Below, piece after piece: positions 49,189 through 58,952 of a stretch of DNA of 64,000 nt. The notes beneath the pieces are model-generated. The model saw nothing but the letters and a program-made list of their open reading frames with translations. It did no database searches and was not told the DNA's origin. Position 1 is the stretch's first letter. The number at the start of each line of letters is the position of its first letter. Location of the stretch: positions 32,001 through 96,000 of the forward strand of contig CAXXKA010000010.1 of NCBI GenBank assembly GCA_963668625.2. Reading direction: 5' to 3'. The DNA is from an uncultured candidate division Zixibacteria bacterium. GTDB taxonomy: Bacteria; Zixibacteria; MSB-5A5; UBA10806; 4484-95. The position numbers and the translations under genes were made by a program.

Positions 49189-51435
49189 ATGAGCGTTGTC
49201 GGAAAAAGAGTGAGACGTTCGGAAAGCCCCAACCGTGTGCTTGGCGCCGGGTTGTTCGCCGATGATTTGAAATATCACGGTATGCTTCATGCTGCAATAG
49301 TACGCTCGCCGATTGCCAGGGGGAAAATCCAACACATTGATATTGATGGTATTCTGGGCAAATCCGGCGTTAAGGGCGTTTTCACCTATAAAGATATTCC
49401 CGGCGAAAATTACATCCCGGTGGTTGTCAACGACCAGCCGGCTTTAGCGGTGAGTAACGTTAACTATATCGGTGAACCGATTGCGGTAGTAGTGGCCGAT
49501 AGCAGGCGTAATGCCCGGGCCGCCGCTGCAACCGCAGAGCTGAATATCCGGAAGCTCGAACCCCTGCTTGACTTGCTAGAGGCGCGCCACCATCCTGAGA
49601 TAATTCTTTACGGCAAAGATAATATATTCAAAAAGCTACAGGTCAATCGCGGCGATACGGAAAAAGCGTTCGGCGAATGTGAGATCATCATAGAAAACGA
49701 GTACCGCACACCCTACCAGGAACACGCTTATATCGAACCACAGGCGATGATTGCCATACCAATGCCTGACGGATCGATAGAGATACGCGGTTCTATGCAG
49801 TGCCCGTTTTACGTGCGCAAGGCGGTTACGGCCGTACTGGGTCTTCCAGAAAGCAAGGTACGGGTGATTCAGACGGCCACCGGTGGAGCTTTCGGCGGCA
49901 AGGAGGATGTTCCCTCGCTTTTAGCCTGCCAGGCAGCCATACCGGCCGCTAAGCTGGGTAAACCGATCAAGCTGGTTTACGACCGAACCGAGGATATGAT
50001 ATCAATGTCTAAACGTCACCCGAGCTGGATCAGGTACAAATCGGGCGCTACTCGTGATGGCATATTAAAGGCGGTCGAAACCGAGTATGTCATAGATGGC
50101 GGTGCGTATGCTACGCTTTCGGCCGTGGTGCTGTTCCGGGGGACCGTTCATGCCGCCGGACCATATAAATGTGAGAACGTGAAAGTCGAAAGTTACGCGG
50201 TAGCTACGAATAAAGTTCCCTGCGGAGCGTTCCGTGGTTTCGGTTCGCCTCAGATATTGTTTGCCGCCGAGTCGCAGATGGATCAACTGGCGGCTGAGTT
50301 GAATCTCGACCCGGTAGAGTTCAGGCGCAGGAATCTGCTTCGACCCGGTGATAAAACGATAACCGGTCAATACCTGAAAAACAGCGTCGGTCTGGAGAAG
50401 ACATTGGATAAAACGATTCAGGTTTCCGGCTGGAGTCCCAAAATCAAAAAAGGAATAGATGAGGGTTATGGCTTCTCGACAATCTATTACGGCGTAGGTT
50501 TGGGCGCGGGCGGAAAACATCTGGCGAAAACCGGCGCGAGGGTGATAATACACGAGGACGGCTCCGTGCTGTTCAGTGTAGGTACCACCGAGATGGGGCA
50601 GGGGATGACTACGGTGCTTTCACAGATGGTGGCCGAGGAGCTGAACGTGCCTCTGGAGTGGGTAGACATGATACCCACCGATACCAGCCGCGTACCGGAT
50701 TCCGGGCCGACTGTCGCCTCCCGTTCGACCACGATGTCGGGAAATGCGCTTCGTGATGCCTGTATGAAAATAAAAAGCGTGATGTTGACCGAGGCCTCGG
50801 AGATGACCGGTGTGCCCTCGGCGAAAATAAATTTCGAGGATGCCCGGGTATTCGCTGGTGAAAAGTCCGTTCCAATAATCGATGTCATCAAATCGTGCGC
50901 TTCCAAACGTCTGCCGCTTTCTGCCGAGGGCTGGTACGTGCCGACCGCGATCGATTTCGATGAAAACACCGGCGCGGGTAATGCTTATGTGACATACGCC
51001 TGGGCAACCAACCTGGCGAAAGTCCGGGTGGACAGGCAAACCGGTGAGATATCGGTGTTGAAACTCTGGTCGGCGCATGATATCGGCAAGGCGATCAATC
51101 CTGCCCTGGCCGAGGGACAGATAGAGGGCGGAGTTCTTCAGGGGATGGGCTACGCAGTGATGGAGGATATGAACGCGGATTCCGATGGTAAGATAATCAA
51201 CAGCGAGTTTTCTACATACATTATCCCAACGGCCGAGGATCAACCGAAGATCGTGCCGATTATAGTAGAGGATCCATATCCGGACGGCCCGTTCGGTGCA
51301 AAAGGATTCGGCGAGCAACCGTTGATGGGAGTTGCTCCGGCAATCGCCAACGCCGTTTATGATGCTGTTGGTGTGCGTATTAAAGAGCTTCCGCTTACAC
51401 CGGAAAAAGTTTGGCTGGCAATGAGGCGAAAATGA
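49189..51435 (+). CDS. Xanthine dehydrogenase-family Mo-binding subunit (copy 1)
   Basis: QEHAYIEP, GGAFGGKE, AFRGFG, EMGQG, VASR, AKGFGEQP. Confidence 0.92.
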   Translation: MSVVGKRVRRSESPNRVLGAGLFADDLKYHGMLHAAIVRSPIARGKIQHIDIDGILGKSGVKGVFTYKDIPGENYIPVVVNDQPALAVSNVNYIGEPIAVVVADSRRNARAAAATAELNIRKLEPLLDLLEARHHPEIILYGKDNIFKKLQVNRGDTEKAFGECEIIIENEYRTPYQEHAYIEPQAMIAIPMPDGSIEIRGSMQCPFYVRKAVTAVLGLPESKVRVIQTATGGAFGGKEDVPSLLACQAAIPAAKLGKPIKLVYDRTEDMISMSKRHPSWIRYKSGATRDGILKAVETEYVIDGGAYATLSAVVLFRGTVHAAGPYKCENVKVESYAVATNKVPCGAFRGFGSPQILFAAESQMDQLAAELNLDPVEFRRRNLLRPGDKTITGQYLKNSVGLEKTLDKTIQVSGWSPKIKKGIDEGYGFSTIYYGVGLGAGGKHLAKTGARVIIHEDGSVLFSVGTTEMGQGMTTVLSQMVAEELNVPLEWVDMIPTDTSRVPDSGPTVASRSTTMSGNALRDACMKIKSVMLTEASEMTGVPSAKINFEDARVFAGEKSVPIIDVIKSCASKRLPLSAEGWYVPTAIDFDENTGAGNAYVTYAWATNLAKVRVDRQTGEISVLKLWSAHDIGKAINPALAEGQIEGGVLQGMGYAVMEDMNADSDGKIINSEFSTYIIPTAEDQPKIVPIIVEDPYPDGPFGAKGFGEQPLMGVAPAIANAVYDAVGVRIKELPLTPEKVWLAMRRK

Positions 51436-51902
51436 AAATAAAATTCAAATTAAATCATGAAGATGTCGAGATAGAGGCTCCGGGGGCCGAGCGTCTGATA
51501 GATATGCTCCGCGAGCGATTCGAACTGGTCGGTACCAAGGAGGGGTGCAGCAAGGGCGAATGCGGCGCCTGCACTATTCTTCTTGACGGCAAACCGGTTT
51601 GCTCGTGCTTGATGCTGGCCTCGCAGGTAATCGGGTGCGAGGTGATCACGATCGAAGGATTGGCAATCGATGGTAAAATGCATCCGGTACAGGAAGCATT
51701 CATAGAGACCGGCGCGGTGCAGTGCGGTTTCTGTTCACCTGGTTTGCTTTTGTCCTCGGCCGCGTTATTAAACGAGATACCGAATCCTGACAGACGGCAA
51801 ATCAGGCGGGCGCTATCGGGTAACCTGTGCCGATGTACCGGCTATGAGAAGATATTCGAGGCGGTGGAGATTGCCTCGCAAATGATGAGCAAAGGCAAGT
51901 GA
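51432..51902 (+). CDS. XDH-family 2Fe-2S subunit (copy 1)
   Basis: GCSKGECGAC..C, QCGFC, CRCTGY; ATGA overlap with the upstream stop. Confidence 0.92.
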   Translation: MKIKFKLNHEDVEIEAPGAERLIDMLRERFELVGTKEGCSKGECGACTILLDGKPVCSCLMLASQVIGCEVITIEGLAIDGKMHPVQEAFIETGAVQCGFCSPGLLLSSAALLNEIPNPDRRQIRRALSGNLCRCTGYEKIFEAVEIASQMMSKGK

Positions 51903-52753
51903 TCATGGTAAAGCATGATACGATTAATCCGACAAGTTTGAAAGGCGCTCTGGAAAGCCTGGCCGGTAGCAATATCATTCCGATTGCCGGCGGTACCGAT
52001 CTACTGGTGAAACTTCATGGGCAATACGATAAACCCTGGCCCTCGCTACTGGTGTTGGAAAGAGTAAAGCCGCTTCATAAGATTCAGGTAAAGAAAAACA
52101 CGGTAGCTATTGGACCACTGCTAACGTTTTCCGATATCGAACAATCAACGGAGTTGAAGAAATACGCTTTTCAATTAGCGGAGGCCGCCTCGGTAGCCGG
52201 CTCGACCCAGATCAGAAACCGGGCAACGATCGGAGGCAATGTCGCCAATGGTTCGCCATCGGGTGATTTGCTCCCGCCGCTCTACGTGCTGGGTGCGAAA
52301 CTTCGCCTGGCCTCGGTAAATGGTAGTCGTACCGTTCCTGTCGAGGACTTTTTCGAGGGACCCGGCCGGACTATCAAAAATAAAAAAGAATTGATAACCG
52401 CAATCGAGTTCGATAAATCGTATAAAGCCGGTTTTTTCAACCGTCTGGCTACACGGAAAGCGCTGGCGATCAGTAAGGTATCGGTCGCCGCTAATATATC
52501 ACTTAAAAAAAATCGAATAGAAAATATTAAAATTGCTCTGGGCGCGGTTGCTCCCACGGTTATCAGGGCATATGAAACAGAGGAATATCTAAAAGGCAAG
52601 ATGCTGAATGATGATGTTCTGGATAAAGCTATTGGTATCATAACGAGTGAAGCGAAACCTATAGATGATCTAAGATCACTTGCCGAGTATCGCAAGGAGA
52701 TGGTTGGGGTGCTGTTCAAGCGAGGTATCGAGAAATACATGCAGGTAAATTAA
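51899..52753 (+). CDS. XDH-family FAD subunit (copy 1)
   Basis: AGGTDL, QIRNRATIGGN, D.R...YR. Confidence 0.9.
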   Translation: MIMVKHDTINPTSLKGALESLAGSNIIPIAGGTDLLVKLHGQYDKPWPSLLVLERVKPLHKIQVKKNTVAIGPLLTFSDIEQSTELKKYAFQLAEAASVAGSTQIRNRATIGGNVANGSPSGDLLPPLYVLGAKLRLASVNGSRTVPVEDFFEGPGRTIKNKKELITAIEFDKSYKAGFFNRLATRKALAISKVSVAANISLKKNRIENIKIALGAVAPTVIRAYETEEYLKGKMLNDDVLDKAIGIITSEAKPIDDLRSLAEYRKEMVGVLFKRGIEKYMQVN

Positions 52754-55074
52754 TGGGCGCGAGTAAGAAATTCAATGTCCTGGGCACGGCAATCCAACGC
52801 GTAGATTCGCTGGATAAAGTAACCGGCAAGGCTGTCTATGCCGCCGATCACAACGTAACCGGTCAGCTCTTCGGCCGGGTCAAATATCCCGACTATCCCC
52901 ACGCTAAAATCCTATCGATTGATATATCTGAAGCGAAATCATTGGATGGTGTCCGGGCGGTGATGATCGCCGAGGACATTCCGGGAGAGCCATCGTTCGG
53001 CTCGGTCGTTGCTCATCAAATGGCGCTGTGTACCGATAGAGTTCGTTTCTGGGGGGATGCCGTAGCGCTGGTCGCGGCGGATACTCCGGAACTTGCCGAG
53101 TACGCCGTATCACTTATAGAGGTGGAATACGAACCTCTGGAGGTGGTAAGCGATCCTAAAGAGGCGTTAAAGAAGAAGTCTATTAAAATACATAGCGGGG
53201 GTAACCTCTGCGTTCACCATAAGGTATCTAAAGGCGATATAGAAAAGGGATTCGCCCAATCGGATATCATACTCGAACGCGATTACCGTACTCAGAAAAT
53301 TGAACACGCATATCTCGAACCGGAGGCCGTGCTGGCTCGTCCCGGAGAGAATGGCGGCGTTACTATCGTTGGTTCGGTTCAAAACCTCTATACTATAAGG
53401 CGAGCGGTTGCCCGTGTTCTGGGTGTCGAGCTAAGTCGCGTGAGAATAGAGCAGGCGGTTCTTGGCGGCTCGTTCGGCGGTAAGGATGAGGTAATGGGCG
53501 CGATGTGTTGTCGAGCTGCTTTGTTGGCGCTGGCGACCGGCAGGCCGATAAAGATAGTCAACAGCCGCGAGCAATCGATGCGCGAATCGTACAAACGTCA
53601 CCCTTACCGGATAGAATACAAGATCGGCGCTACTGAATCCGGCGTTATCAAAGCGATTCAATCCGTGATGTACGCCGATGCCGGCGCTTATGCCACCATG
53701 TCTCCTTTCGTGACCTGGCGCTCGGTGGTGCACGGTTCGGGGCCTTATCGTATAGCTAATGTCAAAACCGATGTTTACGCGGCTTACACGAACAACTGCT
53801 ACACCGGGGCTATGCGCGGTTTCGGCTCGCCGCAGGTATGTTTCGCGGTGGAATCACTCATAGATGAACTTGCAGAAAAGCTTGGTATGAATCCTTATGA
53901 GTTGAGGATAAAGAATCTCATTAAGGATAACTCGATAACGGCCACCGGTCAAAAATTACAGCATAAGGTCGGTATCAGGCAGGTTCTTGACAACGTAATA
54001 AAACGCGCTGACTATGATGATAAATGGAATCGGTACAGAAAGCAAAGCCCTGCCGACGAGTTCAAACGCGGGATCGGCTTTTCATGCAGCTATCGGGGAG
54101 TTTCGCTGGGGGCCGAGGGTATCGATGCTGCCGGTGTGAATATCTCTATTCAAACGGATGGTTCGATAATAGCCTCGACCGGTTTGATCGAAATGGGGCA
54201 GGGGGCCGCCACTACGATTTCGATGATAATCGCGGAAGAGCTTGGCGTGACCACCGATCATATAAGGTTCTTGAACGCCGACACCTCGATCACGCCCGAC
54301 TCGGGGCCGACCGTAGCCTCGCGTACTACCATAATGGCCGGCAACGCCGCTCGTAACGGTTGCCGTGAGCTTTTGAAAAAACTGAAACCTGTTGCCGCCG
54401 AATATCTGGGCTGCGCTACCGGGCAATTAAAATTAAAAGACAATATTATTCATTCTGATAATAAAGAAATGAATTTCAGTGAGCTTGCCGCGATATGTTT
54501 CGGTAAGGGGATCCCAATGTATACACTTGGCTGGTACAAGTCCCCAAAAACATCGTGGGACGAGGAGACCGGTAAAGGCGAGGCATATTTCACGTTCGTA
54601 TACGGCGCGAACCTGGCGGAGGTTGAGGTCGATTGCGTGACAGGTAAGGTGAGATTGTTGAATTTCATCAGCTCCCACGATCTTGGCAGGGTGGTAAATT
54701 TAAACGGCGCGAAAGGACAGGTTTACGGCGGTGTGGCAATGGGAATGGGATACGCCCTGTTCGAGACATACAGTGAATCCGACGGTATCCCGAAATTCGA
54801 AAACTACGACGAGTACCTGATTCCCACCATATGCGATATGCCACCCGTTGAAATCGAGTTCGTGGAAAATCCCGATAAGCTCGGCCCGTTTGGCGCGAAA
54901 TCGATAGGCGAGCCCGCGTGCGAACTGGCCGCCCCGGCAATCGCTAACGCCATATACAACGCCACCGGCAGACGATTACTCGAATTGCCTATTACATTGG
55001 AACAGGTGTTGATCGGGAAGAACCTGACTCGCACGGAATCACGCGGCTCCTCGAAAGCGCGGGGTGAAGACTGA
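52753..55074 (+). CDS. XDH-family Mo-binding subunit (copy 2)
   Basis: EHAYLEPE, GGSFGGKDE, AMRGFG, VASR, AKSIGEP. Confidence 0.92.
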   Translation: MGASKKFNVLGTAIQRVDSLDKVTGKAVYAADHNVTGQLFGRVKYPDYPHAKILSIDISEAKSLDGVRAVMIAEDIPGEPSFGSVVAHQMALCTDRVRFWGDAVALVAADTPELAEYAVSLIEVEYEPLEVVSDPKEALKKKSIKIHSGGNLCVHHKVSKGDIEKGFAQSDIILERDYRTQKIEHAYLEPEAVLARPGENGGVTIVGSVQNLYTIRRAVARVLGVELSRVRIEQAVLGGSFGGKDEVMGAMCCRAALLALATGRPIKIVNSREQSMRESYKRHPYRIEYKIGATESGVIKAIQSVMYADAGAYATMSPFVTWRSVVHGSGPYRIANVKTDVYAAYTNNCYTGAMRGFGSPQVCFAVESLIDELAEKLGMNPYELRIKNLIKDNSITATGQKLQHKVGIRQVLDNVIKRADYDDKWNRYRKQSPADEFKRGIGFSCSYRGVSLGAEGIDAAGVNISIQTDGSIIASTGLIEMGQGAATTISMIIAEELGVTTDHIRFLNADTSITPDSGPTVASRTTIMAGNAARNGCRELLKKLKPVAAEYLGCATGQLKLKDNIIHSDNKEMNFSELAAICFGKGIPMYTLGWYKSPKTSWDEETGKGEAYFTFVYGANLAEVEVDCVTGKVRLLNFISSHDLGRVVNLNGAKGQVYGGVAMGMGYALFETYSESDGIPKFENYDEYLIPTICDMPPVEIEFVENPDKLGPFGAKSIGEPACELAAPAIANAIYNATGRRLLELPITLEQVLIGKNLTRTESRGSSKARGED

Positions 55075-55934
55075 TGATAAATATTAGCAGCTACGACCGA
55101 CCTGACTCGATAGACGAAGCGTTGGCCTTGATATCAGCCGAAAGATACCTGCCGCTTGCCGGAGGTACCGATCTTATCATACAGCTCAGGGCGGGTGAAC
55201 GTTCGAGGGTGCTGGATATCGGCAGGCTCGGGATGGATTATATAACCGAGCACGATAACACGATAGAGATAGGCGCGGCGGCCACTCACACGGCAATTTC
55301 CACCTCTAATTTAGCGGGGAAATACCTTCCACTGCTCAAAATCGCATCGGGGCTGGTTGGCTCCCGGCAGATCAGGAACAGGGGAACGGTTGGCGGTAAT
55401 ATCGCAAACGCCTCCCCCTGCGCTGATACCATACCGGCATTGTTAAACTATGACACCGAACTCGTCCTGATATCCAAAGGCGGAGAACGGCGGGTAAAAT
55501 TGTCTGAATTTACTATCAAGCCGTATGAGACGATTAAACGTGATGATGAGTTATTGAAATGCATCATTTGCAATAAAGATAATTTGAGTGCCGGGCATTC
55601 GTATATAAAGCTGGGAAGGCGGCAGGCGGTTAATATCTCCCGGATGAGCGTGGCGGTTACGGTAACTCGAAATGATAGTGGCCTGTTGGAGGATGTACGA
55701 ATTGCCGCAGGCTCCGTTTTTCCAACAGCCTCGAGAATACCCGGGTTGGAAAGTATGCTAATAAAGAAGAGCGCGACACCCAAACTGATAAGCGAGGCCG
55801 GAGAATACGCCGCGGAATTGATGATAGAACAAAGCGGCACGAGATGGTCTACGCCTTATAAAAAACCGGTGTTAATCGGTTTGATGATAAGAGCTATCAA
55901 TGAGGCAGTTGCCAAAGCAGGGTTAAACAGATGA
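55074..55934 (+). CDS. XDH-family FAD subunit (copy 2)
   Basis: AGGTDL, QIRNRGTVGGN..NASP.AD. Confidence 0.9.
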   Translation: MINISSYDRPDSIDEALALISAERYLPLAGGTDLIIQLRAGERSRVLDIGRLGMDYITEHDNTIEIGAAATHTAISTSNLAGKYLPLLKIASGLVGSRQIRNRGTVGGNIANASPCADTIPALLNYDTELVLISKGGERRVKLSEFTIKPYETIKRDDELLKCIICNKDNLSAGHSYIKLGRRQAVNISRMSVAVTVTRNDSGLLEDVRIAAGSVFPTASRIPGLESMLIKKSATPKLISEAGEYAAELMIEQSGTRWSTPYKKPVLIGLMIRAINEAVAKAGLNR

Positions 55935-56461
55935 GCATAACCGATAAGATCATATCTGATACCACCGTTGATATAAGTTTCAGGTTAAACGGGGCCGGCT
56001 ATACGAAAAGCGTTCCCTCGAACTTGACTCTTCTGCGTTTTTTGCGCGAGCACATGGGATTAACCGGTACCAAGTGTGGCTGCGAGATCGGCGAATGCGG
56101 AGCTTGCACGGTTTTACTGGACGGTAAAGCCATAAACTCCTGCCTGGTTTTGGCCGGGCAGATAGATGGCGCTAGTATCTGGACAATAGAGGGCGTGAGT
56201 TCGGCCGGCGCGGAGTGCTTAAATCCGATTCAACAGGCATACCTCGACTGTGATGCCGTGCATTGCGGATTTTGTTCGCCGGGAATGATAATGTCCACAC
56301 TGGCGTTGTTCCTCGAAAATATCAATCCTGGCGAGGATGAAATTAAAACAGCTTTAGCCGGTAATCTATGTCGCTGCACAGGCTATATTCAAATTATCGA
56401 GGCTGTAAGTAAAGCGGCTTCGAATATAACGGAAAAAGACTTAAAGAAATTCAGGCATTAA
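55931..56461 (+). CDS. XDH-family 2Fe-2S subunit (copy 2)
   Basis: GCEIGECGAC, HCGFC, CRCTGY. Confidence 0.9.
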   Translation: MSITDKIISDTTVDISFRLNGAGYTKSVPSNLTLLRFLREHMGLTGTKCGCEIGECGACTVLLDGKAINSCLVLAGQIDGASIWTIEGVSSAGAECLNPIQQAYLDCDAVHCGFCSPGMIMSTLALFLENINPGEDEIKTALAGNLCRCTGYIQIIEAVSKAASNITEKDLKKFRH

Positions 56462-56462
56462 T

Positions 56463-57719
56463 ATGAAATTCGATGAACAAAAAATATCAGTAAGCGAACA
56501 TGATCGTAGCTGGGTATCGTATGAGATAGAACGATGCTTGAATTGCTACGATCCGCCCTGCCAGGCAAGCTGCCCGGCGGGAATTCCTATACCATCATTT
56601 ATCAGTTCTCTAAAAACGGGTAATATCAATCGCGCGGTAAAAATTATCTATCAGGCCAACCCGGTTGCTTCTATATGCGGGAAAGTATGCCCTGAGGAGA
56701 TATTCTGCCAGAGCAATTGCACCCGCTCTAAAATAGATTCGCCGGTTAAAATCAGGGAGCTTCACGGTTACGCCACCGATGCGGTTAAGGATTCGAGATT
56801 GAAAGAGAATAAGAAAAAAGGCAGCGTGGCGATAATCGGTTCCGGGCCGGCAGGAATATCATGCGCGACCGTACTATCCGAAAACGGAATGAAAACTACT
56901 ATCTATGAAAAATCGAATACCCCCGGAGGCGTACCATCCAGCAGCATACCCGATTTCCGTCTCGGAGATGATACTATCAGCCTGGATATCGAGCGAGCTG
57001 AAAATACGGGGATTAAGATTATAACTAATAAGCTTATCGATAATCCCTTGGAATTACTCGAGGAGTATAAAGCGATATTCATAGCTACAGGTTTATCGAT
57101 TAATAAGAAAGCTAAATTACCCGGTGGAGATTTGCCCGCAGTGTTGCCGGCGTTGAGTTTCCTGGAAAATGCCCGCACCGAAGGCGTATCATATGTCAGG
57201 GATAAAGATATCGTGATCGTCGGCGGAGGTAATGTTTCGCTGGATGTTGCCGCTACGGCATTGGAATCGGGAGCCTCGTCAGTCAGATTGCTTTACCGTC
57301 GAGGACCGCAACAAATGAAGGTTTGGAGATCGGAACTCGAGGAGGCGCAGTTACGAGGAGCGATCATCGACTATCTCGTGTCACCAATAGAATATCTGTC
57401 TGAATCAAACGTACTGAAAGCCGTTAGATGTATCAGGATGAAGTTATCTAACGATCTCGATACCTCTGACAGACGCGTGCCTGTTCCCGTAGACGGTTCC
57501 GAGTTCATTATTCCCGCCGACTTCATAATAGAGGCAATCGGCATGGAATCCGACTTTTGCAAAGAGATTACCGTCAACCGGGATCAGACAACATCGATTG
57601 AGGGCATTTTCGCAGGTGGTGATTGGGCCAGAGGCGAGGGTACGATAGTAGAGGCGGTTCGGGATGGCAAACAGGCGGCGCATAAAATTATGGCATATCT
57701 GAAAGAGAAAAGCATATGA
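56463..57719 (+). CDS. preT: Dihydropyrimidine dehydrogenase subunit A-like (GltD-like Fe-S flavoprotein)
   Basis: CLNC..PPC...CP, CG.VCP....C...C, GSGPAG, GGGNV..D, FAGGD. Confidence 0.8.
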   Translation: MKFDEQKISVSEHDRSWVSYEIERCLNCYDPPCQASCPAGIPIPSFISSLKTGNINRAVKIIYQANPVASICGKVCPEEIFCQSNCTRSKIDSPVKIRELHGYATDAVKDSRLKENKKKGSVAIIGSGPAGISCATVLSENGMKTTIYEKSNTPGGVPSSSIPDFRLGDDTISLDIERAENTGIKIITNKLIDNPLELLEEYKAIFIATGLSINKKAKLPGGDLPAVLPALSFLENARTEGVSYVRDKDIVIVGGGNVSLDVAATALESGASSVRLLYRRGPQQMKVWRSELEEAQLRGAIIDYLVSPIEYLSESNVLKAVRCIRMKLSNDLDTSDRRVPVPVDGSEFIIPADFIIEAIGMESDFCKEITVNRDQTTSIEGIFAGGDWARGEGTIVEAVRDGKQAAHKIMAYLKEKSI

Positions 57720-58924
57720 TATTAACATCACCGAGACTTCAATCGGAATTTTTAGGAATCAAGCTGGAGAACCCGTTCATACTTTCGGCCGCGCCCTCCA
57801 CCGATGAGCTTGATATAGCTCGCGACGGCTTGAAATCCGGCTGGGCCGGTTTGATACTCAAGACAACCTCGATGCCCACGACCGGTGTAGATTTGGCTTA
57901 TCCCATGATGAGCTCGTTCAAAGACAGCGATAAAGTAATTGGAATGGGCAATATCGATCTGATCAGTATCTACCATATTGATGAGATAGTCAAAAGAGTG
58001 GCTACGCTTAAAAGCGAATTTCCCGGCAAGATGATAGGCGCTTCGATAATGTCCGATTCCAAAGAGGGCTGGCAAACTCTGGTTAAGGAGTTGAAAAACG
58101 CCGGCGCGGATTTGATCGAGTGCAGTTTCTCCTGTCCGCAAGGAAATGTCGGTGAAGATCCCGGCAAGATGCTGGCCCAGAGCGAACCGGCCACCGAGAA
58201 AGTAGCGACCTGGGTGAAAGAAGCCGCCGGTGACTTGCCCGTGCTGATAAAAATATCCCCGCAGGTAACTGATATCGTTGCTATTACCAGGGCCGTAGCG
58301 CGCTCCGGTTGTGATGGTGTAACGGCATCCAACTCGATCCCGGCGCTTATGGGAATCGATATCGAGACATTGAAACCAATCCCCGATGTCAGCGGCTATT
58401 CCACTTATTCGGGATTGACCGGCGTGGCAATCAAACCCATCACCTTGAGAACCATAGCCGAGATAGCCCGCAATGTCGAGGGTATAGTTATCTCCGGTAA
58501 TGGCGGAATCTCGAACTGGCGCGATTCCGTAGAGGTGTTGGCCGTGGGCGCCTCCAATGTGCAGATATGCACGGCGGTGATGATGCACGGATTCGGTATC
58601 ATCGAGGATTTATGTTCCGGGCTGGATGAGTATCTCGTACGGAAAGGCTATGGTTCCGTATCGGATTTGGCCGGTAAAGCTTTACCCGCGCTGACGAATC
58701 ATGACAGCTTACCTCGCCATGAGGTACGAAGCTCGGTTATCGAGGAAAACTGTATAGGTTGTGGCAGATGTTATATAGCTTGCCGTGACGGCGGCCATCG
58801 CGCCATTAGCTGGCATAATGAAAAACGCCTGCCGGAGGTAGATGAAAATAAATGTGTCGGGTGCGGACTGTGTCTTATGGTGCAGCCGGTAGAAAATTGC
58901 CTGGCTTTGAAGATAATTGAATGA
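57716..58924 (+). CDS. preA: Dihydropyrimidine dehydrogenase subunit B-like (FMN + ferredoxin domain)
   Basis: NPF.L, KT, N..LIS, SFSCP, KISP, GNGGI, VQ.CTAVM..G and C-terminal CxxCxxC motifs. Confidence 0.82.
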   Translation: MILTSPRLQSEFLGIKLENPFILSAAPSTDELDIARDGLKSGWAGLILKTTSMPTTGVDLAYPMMSSFKDSDKVIGMGNIDLISIYHIDEIVKRVATLKSEFPGKMIGASIMSDSKEGWQTLVKELKNAGADLIECSFSCPQGNVGEDPGKMLAQSEPATEKVATWVKEAAGDLPVLIKISPQVTDIVAITRAVARSGCDGVTASNSIPALMGIDIETLKPIPDVSGYSTYSGLTGVAIKPITLRTIAEIARNVEGIVISGNGGISNWRDSVEVLAVGASNVQICTAVMMHGFGIIEDLCSGLDEYLVRKGYGSVSDLAGKALPALTNHDSLPRHEVRSSVIEENCIGCGRCYIACRDGGHRAISWHNEKRLPEVDENKCVGCGLCLMVQPVENCLALKIIE

Positions 58925-58952
58925 GTGATTATTTTTTCAGGAGTATATAGTT

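Noticed and set aside
50065-58588. Long antisense ORFs (e.g. 50620-51318, 57752-58588)
   Set aside because: Shadows of well-conserved sense genes, with no motifs or RBS.
49189-58924. Selenocysteine recoding in Mo-hydroxylase or reductase genes
   Set aside because: The ORFs are full-length without in-frame TGA; their TGA stops coincide with normal gene ends.
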